Assembly (NCBI GenBank): GCA_964036045.1
Contig: OZ038378.1
Coordinates: 59,768,001 to 59,832,000, forward strand
Length of the DNA stretch: 64,000 bases
Direction of reading: 5' to 3'
DNA from: Eutreptiella sp. 'Long Island Sound 2002'
Lineage: Eukaryota > Protista > Euglenida
This document shows, piece after piece, positions 9,138 through 21,936 of the stretch (positions within the stretch are counted from its first letter, which is position 1; every line of letters starts with the position of its first letter). Both the position numbers and the translations under genes were made by a program. The notes below the pieces were generated by a model. It worked only from the letters and a program-made list of their open reading frames with translations, did not search any database and had not been told where the DNA came from.

Positions 9138-10244
9138 AAAGTACACAAACAAATTGTCTGCTCAAACAACCAAAATTAGAATCAAATTGAAGTTGTCACA
9201 TACACCACTGTCAACAACAGGTGTGCAATTGCTTTCCAAACAGGGGGGTCTGTGTTTTCTGTGGCGCCTTTTCTCCTTGGCGGGGGGGGGGGGGGGGGGG
9301 AGGCTGGAAAGCACCCGATAGGGGGGGGGGGATGGGTGGGGGCGGGGATTGGTGGGGGGCGGGTTTCCTGTGAAGAATTTGGTGTGGACAATGGCGGGGG
9401 GGGGGGGGGGCATTGGACCCCTGGACCCACCTCCAGTACATAAGAATATCAGACATCGTCGTGGACAGACCGCACACACAACATCCCTTATTAGACATCA
9501 GACATCAGACCTTATACACATAGCTGTCCCTTGGTAAACGCTAGAACACCCCATCTTGTTCTAGCCTAGAACATCTAGACTAGATTTTCTAGCTCAGAAT
9601 GGTGCTCGCCTGGAACACAAAGCGTTCCAGCCTGGAATGGTAGAATAGGTAGAACATAAAAAAACAAATTACCACAGTGGCTTGGGGGGTGCATGACACA
9701 CACACTCATAGCAACCAACACACTTGACACATGCGTACACATATGCCCCCCCCCCCCAGCATACACACAGTTTTGCAAAGGGATATGCACAACACAACAC
9801 ACAACATACAATCTCAAGGGTGGGAAGGGTGGGTAAGAGGCCAAACACAAGCACCGCAAAAACACCCCCTCAGTATCGAGCTATCAGCCCCCCCTCCTTT
9901 CCATGTTGTGGTCTGGGTTATGGGGCCCCTGCTTGTTGCGCTTAAGTTTAGGGAGGGTATCCATTGCCTCTTTGCAGGTGTGCTCGTTTTTTTGATTGGG
10001 GTGAAGAAGTGGGTGCACACCGACACCAAGAGGTAGGTGTGTTACTCCTTCCCTCCCCCCTGCCATGTGTGTCGGTGGTATGGGGTTGCTCAGTGTACAG
10101 GTTCCCCCTTCCCAGCATCCCTCCCCCCTTGCCCCTCCCCCTCCCCGCTTGGTTACGCAGTGTGCTGTACGGGTCAATGGTATGGTTTGTCCCCCCTCCT
10201 CCTAGGTTATGCAATCCCCCCCCCTGTGTGCACCGGTACCTGGC

Positions 10245-10420
10245 TTGTTGGTTGGTTGGCTGTTAGTTTTCGGTTTGCTTGGTTGGTTGTTGCGTTGGTT
10301 GGTTGGTTGTTGGTTCATTGGTTCTGGCAGAGCTGAGTTTGGCTGGTTCGTTGGTTGGTTGGTTGGTTGGTTGGTTGGTTGGTTGGTTGGTTGGTTCGTT
10401 CGTTGTTTGGTTGGTTGTTG
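10245..10420. repeat. (TTGG)n microsatellite, pure core at 10351-10396
   Basis: Directly visible. Confidence 0.97.
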
Positions 10421-10556
10421 GCTAGTTGGTGGGGTGTATGTGTGTGTATTGTCTGGACACGTGCTGTCTGGTGTTGTTGCACAGTGCGTCTGTGTGTAAG
10501 CATGCTTGTGCAGCCATTGCAAGCGTCTTTTGGGGGGGTTTGTGCACATTTCATTT

Positions 10557-10675
10557 CGGCGTTCTAGCGGCGTTCTAGCTAGGTATTCTAGCGGCGTTCT
10601 AGGGAGCGAAGCGGCGCCGCTAGTACGCCGCTAGAACGCTGCTAAAACACCTCGCTAGAACGCCGTCAGAACGGC
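10557..10675. repeat. Imperfect inverted repeat built from iterated GTTCTAGC / GCTAGAAC motifs
   Basis: Left arm cggcgttctagcggcgttctagctaggtattctagcggcgttctag; right arm ctagtacgccgctagaacgctgctaaaacacctcgctagaacgcc; spacer of about 15 nt. Confidence 0.85.
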
Positions 10676-10689
10676 AAAATTAAATGTGT

Positions 10690-11470
10690 ACAACCGCGCT
10701 GCATTAGTGCATTAGTCACCGGGGCAAAAACAACATTTTTTTCCAAAGTTGTTCTTGGACCATTCGGGATGCTCGAACAAGTGTTTTTCGGCATTTCGAG
10801 ATTGTTGTGTCCTGTTTTGGTCCACAAATAATTCCCAAAGGTCCCTCAAATGCGCCGCTTTATGATGCACTTTGGGTCAAGATGGGTACACAAAACAAAG
10901 TAGTGTGTATTGAAAACTAATGTGAATTTCGGCCATTACTCCGTTGCTCTACTCTATTCTACTCTAGCCATCTCATACCGGAGGTGGTGCCCCTTGTTCT
11001 ATCCAATTTTGGAGCCAAAAACTCACCGCTGGTGCGCCGCGGCGGGGGTACCAAGTCGAGAGGTGCCCTCGCAGAACTACTCCTTTTGTTCCCGAAATTG
11101 GCGTTTTTGGCCCAAAACGGCCCCGAAATCCATTCAAATTGGCGAAAGGAATGGAAACGTTTTGTGCAATGACTTGCGCCTTGAGTTCCTCATGATGAAG
11201 AGCCCTTTGTTGCCGTCCAACTCCGAGGTACTTGCGAGAAATGGCCCCAAAAATGGCTAAAATGTGTGTAGTTTGTGTCAAACAGCCCCAAAACCAAGAA
11301 TGGGCCGTATCTTCGGCTATGTGGCTCAAATCCGACTTCACAGGGCACCCAGTGCACCCGCAACGCCGCACGGTTTGTGGTTTCCGAGCCTCACAATTAC
11401 CCAATGAGATGCCTAGACCCGGGTACCATTGGTGACGTGGTGGAGCGGGAGGGCACCCCGACCCGCGCAT
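10690..11470 (+). repeat. Dispersed copy of 'module A' of the 3.3-kb composite repeat
   Basis: Shares aaaactcaccgctggtgc, aagagccctttgttgcc and gtttgtgtcaaacagccccaaaaccaagaa with 22950-23750, 24220-25260, 30000-31200 and 33450-34440. Confidence 0.9.
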
Positions 11471-11502
11471 GGCTGGGGCGAATGCACCTCATGGCACCAT
11501 AA

Positions 11503-11632
11503 CATGCCTAACCATAACACACCATACTATATCATATTCGAGACTGAATTAGAAATGTCAAAAAGAATGGTAGCATGGTCGCACCATGCTATGTAGAGGA
11601 CTTGGAATATCCCGATGTCACCGGGTGAGACT
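11503..11632 (-). repeat. Inverted fragment of 'module B' of the composite repeat
   Basis: Reverse complement of ~28705-28845 (atggtgcgaccatgc...gacatttctattagagtctcgaatatcat...gtgttatggttaggcatgtt). Confidence 0.85.
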
Positions 11633-12039
11633 AAGGGGAGGGCGGAAGAAAAATTCCCCCATGAAGTGAAAACTTCTGTCAACCGCGACACTTGTCCCCA
11701 CCCCGAGCCCGTATATAAAAGATTTTACCCGCAGAAGACTTCCTCTACCCTAACCCCCCATGGCCCCCGCTTGGCCCAGGGACCCCCCTGCAAGCCTCCC
11801 CACCCCTTTGGCCGCCCTCCCCACCTCCCACACCACCCTAGCCCCCTTGCTCCGCCGCCTCCACACAATTTCTATGGAGGCTGTTCCGGCTACCATGGCG
11901 AGGCGTGGCCAATCGCATGCCCCCAATCCCAGGGCGAACTCACAGAGCGCGGCTTCGGTTTTTCGCATACGTATGAACATGATCACAGTGACGTTTTGAC
12001 ACCATCGCTCTCTCAAAAAGAAGAGACTACGGCCCCGGC

Positions 12040-12860
12040 TCAATGTACAAAAGCGTAGAAGTGAATGGCACCCTTAGGCACTGCGTGGCTCTCGGTACTT
12101 GCATGCACAACGCTTTTAACTGACATCCTGCATGCACTGTGCCAGGGCGCCAACACACATTCGTTTTTTTTTTGAATGCCCATGTTCAGCGCTATGCGAA
12201 GATGCGGTCTGTTGGTCGCAGCAGCCCTGGTTGTTGGCACAGGTGCTAGAGTGCCTTTTGCGAGCACAGAATCTGTTGCCAGAACCGAGGCATTCGGCGC
12301 AAGGAATGGTGTAGCCTTCGTTAATGAGCTTTTTGGACTAGATTGAAGCTTTTCAAGGTCATTCACATCTGCACAATACCAAGCGGCCTGCAGAAAAATC
12401 GCATACAACACACACCTTTTTTGAACCAACTTGAGTGCCATCAAGAGATGCGCCATTCACAGTGGTCGTTGATGTGGCCATGCTGAACTGGAGGGTTAGG
12501 ATCTTCGTGTTGCTCCACAACATCTTGATGCCCGGAGAAACAATTGGTACTCGCATGCACAACACACATGTTGTTTGCCTCTCTTCAGTGCCATCCTAAG
12601 GTGCACTGCCCACATGATCCGATTCAGTGTCAGGGTGTACGTGACGGTCCAGATATTGATACCCGCAGAAAAACCGCATGCAACACACACCTTTTTTTTG
12701 CTTATCTTCAGCGCAATCTTGAGATGCGGTGCCCACTGTGGTCTTTGATGCGGCCATGCTCCACTTGAACGTCTTGAGGCTCCACAAAACCTTGATACCT
12801 TGAGAAATATCACATGCAAAACGCACCTATCTGTAAGCGCACTTTGCCCGTCGGCTCCTA
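12040..12860. repeat. Degenerate internally repeated segment (~280-bp period)
   Basis: gcatacaacacacacctttttt...gagatgcgccattcacagtggtcgttgatgtggccatgct...ccacaacatcttgatgcc (12400-12535) matches gcatgcaacacacacctttttt...gagatgcggtgcccactgtggtctttgatgcggccatgct...ccacaaaaccttgatacc (12676-12800). Confidence 0.6.
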
Positions 12861-13559
12861 CAAAAATGAACATGAATAACATGCACGACAAGCACCCCTC
12901 CCCCTTGCTCCGCCACCTCCACAGAAATTTACTGAATGCAGTGAATATTTGTGAAGGCTACTACGAATAGCATGGCCACGCCTTGCGAACCACATGCCCC
13001 CAATTGCGGGGGAGACTCGAGGAGCGCCGGGTTCCCAACCCCAAGCTCGCCACCATTTCGCTTTCCACTTTCCCTCTAGTCCCTAGGTCCACCATTGTCT
13101 CCACCCTCTGTTGTTTGAACCCCTGTACTACCTCTCTTGGTCCCGGCGCCCCAACACTGGAACCACCCCATGGCGCATTTCGCTTCCCCAATATTGGCCG
13201 TGGTCCCACCACCACATACTGGCGGGCTTGCCACCTCCACCAGAGTGTGCGCGCATTGGAGGGGGATGTCGATGTGGGGCTCCACGCGGTCTAGCCCCCC
13301 GAACCAGACAGTGGCGGGTTGCACGAACCAACGCCAAATTCACGGCGCACCACACATAGCAGTCACCAGTGCCGTGGTGCGCTAACCATTGCCCATGTCC
13401 TCCATCTGGTTCCCTTTTTCTCATGTGTGTGCTCTCCTCTTATCTGTTTCCTCATCATCCTTTCTTGTGGTATGCGATGGTTCCTGTTCCTCTTCTTCTT
13501 CTTCTTCGGCTCTTTCCTGCTTTCTATTGTGTGCCTTGCTCGCTTGCTTGGTCTCTACC

Positions 13560-15330
13560 TTTCGTGCTTTCTTGCTGTGTTCGGGGTGCACGGTCAAGGT
13601 CAGCGGGTCAACTTCGCGATCACGGCAACAAGGGTTGGAGCGACACATGGCGAAACATCAAAGGTGTATTTTAACGTTCCTCCAACCATGAAGGTGATGT
13701 GGGATGCCTGCGAGTGTATAATAGCAAAGCAATGGCTAGAGCAGGAGAGGTTTGCAGAAGAGGCACAGGCAGGGGTAGAGCCACCGGAGAAGGGAAATGC
13801 TGCGGATGAGCCGTCAGCATAGGAACAGCAACCAGAGAAGGTACAAGCCACATATGAGCCAGAAGGAGAGAGGGCAATGCAAGCATTCGGAAGATCGACA
13901 CAAAAGCTTTGGATTGCACCCCTGTCCCCACGAAACCGGCCCCCGGAGAGGCCCATGCGCCAAGAGCGCAAGGGCAAGGACAAGGGCGAGCCCCCCTTGA
14001 AGAAGGCGCGCCGCTGATCCATTGGTGCACCACTGGTGTCGGAGTCAGACACGGAGGAGTCGGACACCGAGGAGTCGGACACCAAGGTGGGCGGTATTGC
14101 CAGCCGAGTACGCCATAGTAGGCCATACTATTAGCACATTTCGCATCGACAAGAGACAGCACAAAGGGAGAGAGAGAAGGAGCAGTCGGAGAGACGCATT
14201 CAAGAAAGGCGTGGCCAGGACTTTAAGCGTTTTGCTGACCTCATGCGCAGCTACAAGGGGACAACTGCGCACGCAAATGACCACGCTTGGACGACGAGGA
14301 TCTGGGACTGCTGCATCCGCGGACCGAGACCCTTGGGACACGGTGGGTGGAACGGGTGTCCCTTGTGCGCGTCCCCTCCGGCGCGCAGCGGAAGAGGCAA
14401 CTGCCCACTGTCAACAATGCCCTGCAAGCCTGGACCGAGCAGAGGAAGTCGCTGCACACACCGCAAGGGGCGATGAAGCCCGTAGCTTGGCCGCCTGCAG
14501 AGCGCACAAGCCGCATGCCTGATTTTCCAGCAGCGTACCACAATCCGCGAGATGAAGGGACGCTCCGCCCTTTCCAGTCCAGCCGCCCCTCGTTCGTGGT
14601 CGTTGTGGACTGGGAGGGCCACGAGAGGTGGATCGTCGATCGGCTGCAGCTGCTGTCAGCGCACCACCTGGAAGACACTTTTCGGCGCCAAGGCTTCATC
14701 ATGCATTCCGCGGAGAAGGCGCGGACGGACAAGGTGACGCAGTAGCAAACATGCTCCTACCTATCGGTCAAAACCTCAAGCTCCGTCATGTATAGCCCCG
14801 CGAACCATTGGAAGATTCCCGAACCCGGCGACCTCTTCGACAAGAGCAAGTCCATGACGGAGCACCACAGGGAAGAAGAGCATTGCACGGTGCAATGACT
14901 GCAGGGATGGGGCCAAATCAAGGTGAAGCCCAAGTTGAGGGCATTTGGGCAGTACGTCTCGAAGCGCCCCCATATTGTGAGCACTGCTGAGGCCACCCTG
15001 CAAGAGGGACTACGGCCGAGCGGGTACATAGTGTTGAGCAAGGAGGCAAAGATGGCAACCGTGGCGAGGTGCAGTTGACGGGCCCATGACGTGATGAGGA
15101 GTGCGGCCCCCGGCTCTGAACCCGTGCTGAGGCCCACCAAGGCAGTCCTAGAGTCGAGGTACTACAGTACCTCCCGCGTGCAAGAGCTCCCTGGCTTGGT
15201 CAACACAAGTCGCCAGTGGAGCAAGAGTAGGAGCCGCAAGCAGCTGCCGGTGGTGAAGAGCCGGTGGGTTGTGATTATCGTCACGCAGACAAACAGTGAC
15301 GCGGCTCTGTACATGCCGGCACGTGGGTGA
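13560..15330 (+). pseudogene. Decayed ORF of unknown identity (possibly a retroelement ORF1/gag-like relic)
   Basis: Frame 2 from 13319 and frame 1 from 14287 to 15330 can be read through isolated stops with one shift near 14280. It contains charged coiled-coil-like stretches and an SESDTEESDTEESDT repeat, and is preceded by a pyrimidine-rich leader. No diagnostic motif. Confidence 0.35.
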
Positions 15331-15358
15331 CCATGGAAAAGCGCCGTGCTCGGGGTGA

Positions 15359-18300
15359 AGGTGCACTGTATGGGCAAAAAAGCCTATGAGCCCCAAAATG
15401 GTGCAACTTGTGTCTTCAACTTCTCCGAGTGCCCGTCCCCGATGGACCCGATTCTTTTTCTAGTCGTTGCGGGTTCCCATAAGTTACGTATATTGTCGAC
15501 AACCGTGCATTCAGTGCTCATCAACAGGGCACACCACCTCAAATGCCATTAGTCACCAGTGCAGGGGTTTTCATTCCATCAACTAGGCGCAGTATGGACA
15601 AAAAAGCCAATAACCCCCCCAATGGTGCAACTTGTGACTTCGACTTCTCCAAGTGACCGTGCCCAAGGACCCAATTCTTTTTCCGGTCGCTGCGACGTCC
15701 CCTAGTGTACGTATACTGACCACAACAGTACATTAGCTCCCCGTGGGCAGGGCAAAACACCTCAAATGCCATCACTTTGCAATGTAGGGGTTTTCATTGT
15801 ATCAGCTAGGCGCAATATGGGCAAAAAAGCCGGTAACCCCCCAAAGGGTCCAACTTGTGCCTTTGTGTTCTCCAAGCGCCCGTCCCTGATGAGTCGCCGC
15901 AGCCTCCACATAGCGCACGCATACTAAGCATGACTGTTCATTAGCTCCCCCTGGGCAAGGCACAACACCTCAAATGCAATTAGTAATCGGGGTGTGTGTG
16001 TGCATTCTATCAACTAGGCGCAGTGTAGACAAAAAAGCCAATAACCCCCCCAAAGGGTCCAAGTTGTGCCTTCGAGTTCTCCGAGTACCCGTCTTGAATG
16101 GACCCAGTTCTTTTTCTAGTGGCTGCGGCGTCCCCTAGCATACGTATGCTGACCACAACTGTGCATTAGCTCCCCGTGGGCAGGGAATAACACCTCAAAT
16201 GCCATTAGTCAGTAGTGTAGGGGTTTTCATTCTATCAGCTAGGCGCAGCACGGGCAAAAAAGCCAATCACCCCGAAATGGTGCAACTTGTGTCTTCGAGT
16301 TATCCAAGTGCCTGTCCCCGTTGGACCAAGCTGTTTTTCCAGTCGCTACTACGCCCCCTAGCGTACACATGCTAACCATCACCGTGCATTAGCTCCCCGT
16401 GGGGAGGACACAACACCTCAAATGCCCTCAGTTAGCAGTGCCGGGGTTTTGTTTCTATCAGCTAGGCGCAGTATCCGCAAAAAAGGCAACAACCCCCCAA
16501 AGGGTCCAACTTGTGCCTTTGAGTTCTCGGAGTCCCCGTCCCCGATGGACCCAATTCTGTTTTCAGTGGCTGCGGCGTCCTGTGGCGTACGTATACTGAC
16601 CACATCTGTGCATTAGCTCCCCATGGGCAGCGCACAAAACCCGAAATGCCATCAGTGAGCAGTGCAAGGGTTTTCATTCCATTAGTTAGGCACAGTATGC
16701 GCACAAAAGCCAATAACCCCGGAAATGGTGCAACTTGTGCCTTCGAGTTCTCCAAGCGCCATTCCCCGATGGACCCCATTGTTTTTCAAGTTGCTGCGGG
16801 GTGTCCTAGCGTACACATACGAACCATAACTGTGCATTAGCTCCCCGTGGGCAGGGCACAACACCTCAAATGCCATGAGTTAGCGGTGCATGGGTTTCCA
16901 TTCTATTAGGTAGGCGCATTAGGGGCAAAAAAGCCAGTAACCCCCCAAAGGGTCCAACTTGTGCCGTCCATTTCTCCAAGTGACCATCCCCGATGGACCT
17001 AATTCTTTTTCGAGTGTAGGCTGGCATCCCCTAGCGTACGCATACTAACCAAATTTGTGCATTATCTCCCCGTGGCCGGGGCACAACACCTTAACCGCCA
17101 TCGGTTAGCAATGCAAGGGTTTTTATTTTATTAGTTAGCCGCATTATGGGCAAAAAGGCCAAAACCCCCCCGAAGCGTCCAACTTGACCCTTCCAATTCT
17201 CCAAGTGCCCATTCCCTATGGACCCAATTCTTTTCTGAGGCGCGGCGATGCGCCCTAGCGTACCTATACTAACCACAAGTGTGCATTAGCTCCCCGTGGG
17301 CAAGGCGCAAAACGTCAAATAGCCATCAGTGAACAGTGTCGGAGCTTTTATTCTATCAGCTAGGCGGAGTATGGGCAAACAAGCGAAAAATGCACCAAAG
17401 CCTCCAACTTGTGCCTTCGAGTTCTCCAAGTGCCCATCCCCTGTGGACCCAATTGTGTTAATAGTCGCTGCAACGTCCCCTAGCATGCACATACGAACCA
17501 TAAGTGCGCATTAGCTCCCCGTGGGCAGGGCACAACACCTGAAATGCAATCACTTAGCAGTGCACGGGTTTTCATTCTATGAGCTAGGCGGAGTACGCAT
17601 AAAAAAGGCCAATAACCCCACAAAGGTTCCAACTTGTGTCTTCCAGTTCTCCGAGTCCCCGTTGCCGATGGACCCAAATATTTTTTCATAGCTGAGCGTC
17701 CCCTAGCGCACGTATACTAACCATACCTGTGCATTAGCTCCCCGTGGGCAGGGCACAACACCTCAAATGCCATTAGTTAGCAAGGCACGGGTTTTCATTC
17801 TATCAGCTAGGCGTAGTATGGGCAAAAAGCCCAATAATCCCCCAAAGGGTCCAACTGGTGCCTTCGTGTTCTCCAAGTGCTTGTCCCCGATGGCCCCAAT
17901 TGTTTTTTCGACCGCTGCGGCGTCCCCTAGCGTACGCATACTAACCATAACTGTGCATTGGCGCCCCGTGGGCGGGGGACAACACCTCAAATGCCATCAA
18001 TCGGCAGTGCAGGGGTTTTCATTCTATCAACTAGGCGCAGTAAGGGCAAAAAAGCCAATAACCCCCCCAATGGTTCAACTTGTGCCTTTGACTTCTCCAA
18101 GTGACCGTGCCCAATGGACCCAATTCTTTTTCCGGTCGCTGCGACGTCCCCTAGCATACGTATACTGACCACAACGGTGCATCAGCTCCCCGTGGGCAGG
18201 GCCGAACACCTCAAATGCCATCACTTAGCAGTGTGGGGTTTTTCATTGTACCAGCTAGGCGCAATATGGGCAAAAACGCCAATAACCCCCCAAAGGGTCC

Positions 18301-21300
18301 AACTTGTGCCTTTGTGTTCTCCAAGCGCCCGTCCCTCATGGACCCCATTCTTTTTCAATCGATGTTGCCTCCCCGTAGCGTACGCATACTAAGCATAACT
18401 TTGCATTAGCTCCCCGTGGGCATGGCACAACAAACGTGTGCCGAATGTAGAAGTGTTTCAAGCATTCATGTAGCCTACAAGCCTGTCCTGCACCCGTGGT
18501 CTCTCCCTGAATAAGGGATCAGCTGTGGTGTGGGAACCCATTCCAACGGGTCAGGTTTCGTAGATCGCTTGAAGAGCGTTGAAATGCAAACGTGTGCGGA
18601 AGGTAGAAGTGTTTCAACCATTCATGAAAATGCAATCAGTCATCGGGGCCGGGGTGTGCATTCTATCAACTAGGCGCAGTATAGGCAAAAAAGCCAAAAA
18701 AAACTCCCAAAGGGTCCAAGTTGTGCCTTCGACTTCTCCGAGCACCCGTCCTGAATGGACCCGGTTTTTTTTCTAGTGGCTGCAGCGTCCCCTAGCATAC
18801 GTATGCTGACCACAACTGTGCATTAGCTCCCCGTGGGCAGGGAACAACACCTCCAATGCCATTAGTCAGTAGTGTAGGGGTTTTCATTCTATCAGCTAGA
18901 CGCAGCACGGGCAAAAAAGCCAATCACCCCGAAATGGTGCAACTTGTGTCTTCGAGTTATCCAAGTGCCTGTCTCCGATGGACCAAGCTGTTTTTCCAGT
19001 CGCTACTACGTCCCCTAGCGTACACATACTAACCATAACTGTACATTAGCTCCCCGTGGGGAGGACACAACACCTCAAATGCCCTCATTTAGCAGTGCCA
19101 TGGTTTTCTTTCTATCAACTAGGCGCAGTATCGGCTAAAAAGCCAACAACCCCCCCAAGGGTCCAACTTGTGCCTTCGAGTTCTCGGAGTCCTCGTCCCC
19201 GATGGACCCAATTCTGTTTCTAGTTGCTGCGGCGTCCCGTGGCGTACGTATACTGACCTTAGTTGTTCGTTAGCTCCCCATGGGCAGCGCACAAAATCTG
19301 AGATTCCATCAGTGAGCAGTGCAAGGGTTTTCATTCCATTAGTTAGGCACAGTATGCGCACAAAAGCCAATAACCCCCGAAACGGTGCAACTTGTGCCTT
19401 CGAGTTCTCCTAGCGCCATTCCCCGATGGACCCCATTGTTTTTCAAGTTGCTGCGGCGTCTCCTAGTGTACGCATACGAACCATAACTGTTCATTAGCTC
19501 CCCGTGGGCAGGGCACAACACCTCAAATGCCATGGGTCAGCGGTGCCTGGGTTTCCCTTCTATCTGGTAGGCCCATTAGGGGCGGGGGGGCCAGTGGCCC
19601 CCCAAAGGGTCCAACTTGTGCCGTCCATTTCTCCAAGTGCCCATCCCCGATGGACCCAATTCTTTTTCGAGTGGAGGCGGTGTCCCCTAGCGTATGCAGA
19701 ATGACCAAAAGTGTGCATCAACTCGCCGTGGTCAGGGCACAACACCTTAAACGCCATCAATTGGCAATGCAAGGGTTTTTCTTCTATCATTTAGCTCCAT
19801 TATGGGCAAAAAGGCCAAAACCCCCCCGAAGCGTCCAACGTGAGCCTTTGAATTCTCCAAGTGCCCATTCCCTATAGACCCAATTCTTTTTTAAGGCGCG
19901 GCGATGCGCCGTAGCGTACCTATACCAACCAGAATTGTGCATTAGCTCCCCGTGGGCAAGGCACAACACCTCAAATGCCATCAATCAGCAGTGTGGGGGT
20001 TTTCATTCTATCAGCTAGGCGAAATATGGGCAAAAAAGCCAAAAAAACCCCAGAGCGTTGAACTTGTGCCTTCGAGTTCTCCAAGTGCCCGTCCTCTTTG
20101 GACCCAATTCTGTTTATAGTCGCTGCAACGTCCCCTAGCATGCACATACGAACCATAAGTGCGCATTAGCTCCCCGTGGGCAGGGCACAACACCCGAAAT
20201 GCAACCACTTAGCAGTGCACGGGTTTTCATTCTATCAGTTGGGCGGAGGACGCATGGAAAAAGCCAATAACCCCACAAAGGGTCCAACTTGTGTCTCCGA
20301 GTTCTCCGAGTCCCCGTCCCCGATGGACCCAAATATTTTTCCATAGCTGAGCGTCCCCTAGCGTACGTATACTAACCATACCCGTGCATTAGCTGCCCGT
20401 GGGTAGGACCAACACCTCAAATGCCATCGGTTGGCAATGCACCGGTTTTCATTCTATCAGCTAGGCGTAGTATGGGCAAAAAGGCCAATAATGCCCCAAA
20501 GGGTCCAAATGGTGCCTTCGTGTTTCCCAAGTGCTTGTCCCCGATGGACCCAATTGTTTTTCCTACCGCTGTAGCGTCCCCTAGCGTATACATACTAACC
20601 ATAACTGTGCATTTGCTCCCCGTGGGCAGGGGAAAGCACCTCAAATGCCCTCCTTCGGCAGTGCAGGGGTTTTCATTCTATCAACTAGGCGCAGTAAGGG
20701 CAAAAAAGCCAATAACCCCCCCAATGGTGCAACTTGTGCCTTCGACTTCTCCAAGTGACCGTGCCGAATGGACCCAATTCTTTTTCCGGTCGCTGCGACG
20801 TCCTCTAGCGTACGTATACTGACCACAAGAGTGCATTAGCTCCCCGTGGGCAGGGCCGAACACCTCAAATACCATCACTTAGCAGTGTAGGGGTTTTCAT
20901 TGTATCAGCTAGGCGCAATAGGGGCAAAAAAGCCGATAACCCCCCAAAGGGTCCAACTTGTGCCTTTGTGTTCTCCAAGCGACGGTCCCTCATGGACCCC
21001 ATTCTTTTTCCCGTCGCCGTTGCCTCCCCATAGCGTACGCATACTAAGCATAACTATGCATTAGCTCCCCGTGGGCAAGGCACAACACCTCAAATGCAAT
21101 CAGTCATCGGGGCAGGGGTGTGCATTCTATCAACTAGGCGGAGTATAGGCAAAAAAGCCAATAACCCCCCCAAAGTGTCCAAGTTGTGCCGTCGAGTTCT
21201 CCGAGTACCCCTCCCGAATGGACCCAGTTCCTTTTCTAGTGGCTGCGGCGTCCCCTAGCATACATATGCTGACCACAACTGTGCATTAGCTCCCCGTGGG

Positions 21301-21936
21301 CAGGGAACAACACCTCATATGCCATTAGTCAGTAGTTTAGGGGTTTTCATTCTATCACCGAGGCGCAGCACGGGCAAAAAAGCCAATAACCCCCGAAATG
21401 GTGCAAGTTGTGTCTTACAGTTATCCAAGTGCCTGTCCCCCATGGACCAAGCTGTTTTTCTAGTCGCTACTACGTCCCCTAGCATGCACATGTTAACCAT
21501 AACTGTGCATTAGCTCCCCGTGGGGAGGACACAACACCTCAAATGCCCTCATTTAGCAGTGCCGGGGTTTTCTTTCTATCAGCTAGGCGCAGTATCGGCA
21601 AAAAAGCCAACAACCCCCCAAAGGGTCCAACTTGTGCCTTCGAGTTCTCGGAGTCCCCGTCCCCAATGGACCCAATTCTGTTTCCAGTTGCTGCGGCGTC
21701 CCGTGGCGTACGTATACTGACCACAACTGTGCATTAGCTCCTTGTGGGCAAGGCACAACACCTCAAATGCCATCAGTCAGCAGTGTAGGGGTTTTCATTC
21801 TATCAGCTGGGCGGAGTATGCTCAGAAAAGCCCAAAACCCACCAAAGCGTCCAACTTGTGCCTTCGAGTTCTCCAAGTGCCCGTCTCCTGTGGACCCAAT
21901 TCTTTTTATAGTCGCTGCAACGTCCCCTAGCATGCA
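15359..21936. repeat. 224-bp satellite, ~28 monomers, diverged 11-mer higher-order structure
   Basis: aaatgc at 15541, 15764, 15972, 16197, 16420, 16644, 16868. The monomer variant ccaagtgaccgtgcc...ttccggtcgctgcgacgtcc recurs in monomers starting 15541, 17991 and 20643 (11 monomers apart). Confidence 0.95.
18431..18628. other. ~196-bp foreign insert in the 224-bp satellite, bounded by 40-bp direct repeats
   Basis: caaacgtgtgccgaatgtagaagtgtttcaagcattcatg (18431-18470) vs caaacgtgtgcggaaggtagaagtgtttcaaccattcatg (18587-18626). Confidence 0.9.

Noticed and set aside
10245-10420. (TTGG)n as the tail of an inverted copy of the LINE ending in (CAAC)n
   Set aside because: The adjacent sequence shows no similarity to the LINE 3' region at 37450-37713.
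8824-10700. Right TIR matching the 52-bp left array
   Set aside because: No ccgtcaaatatttgg-like motif was found downstream of the ORF, so element boundaries remain undefined.
15359-21936. Short ORFs on both strands in the 224-bp array
   Set aside because: Satellite translations recurring with the monomer/HOR period.
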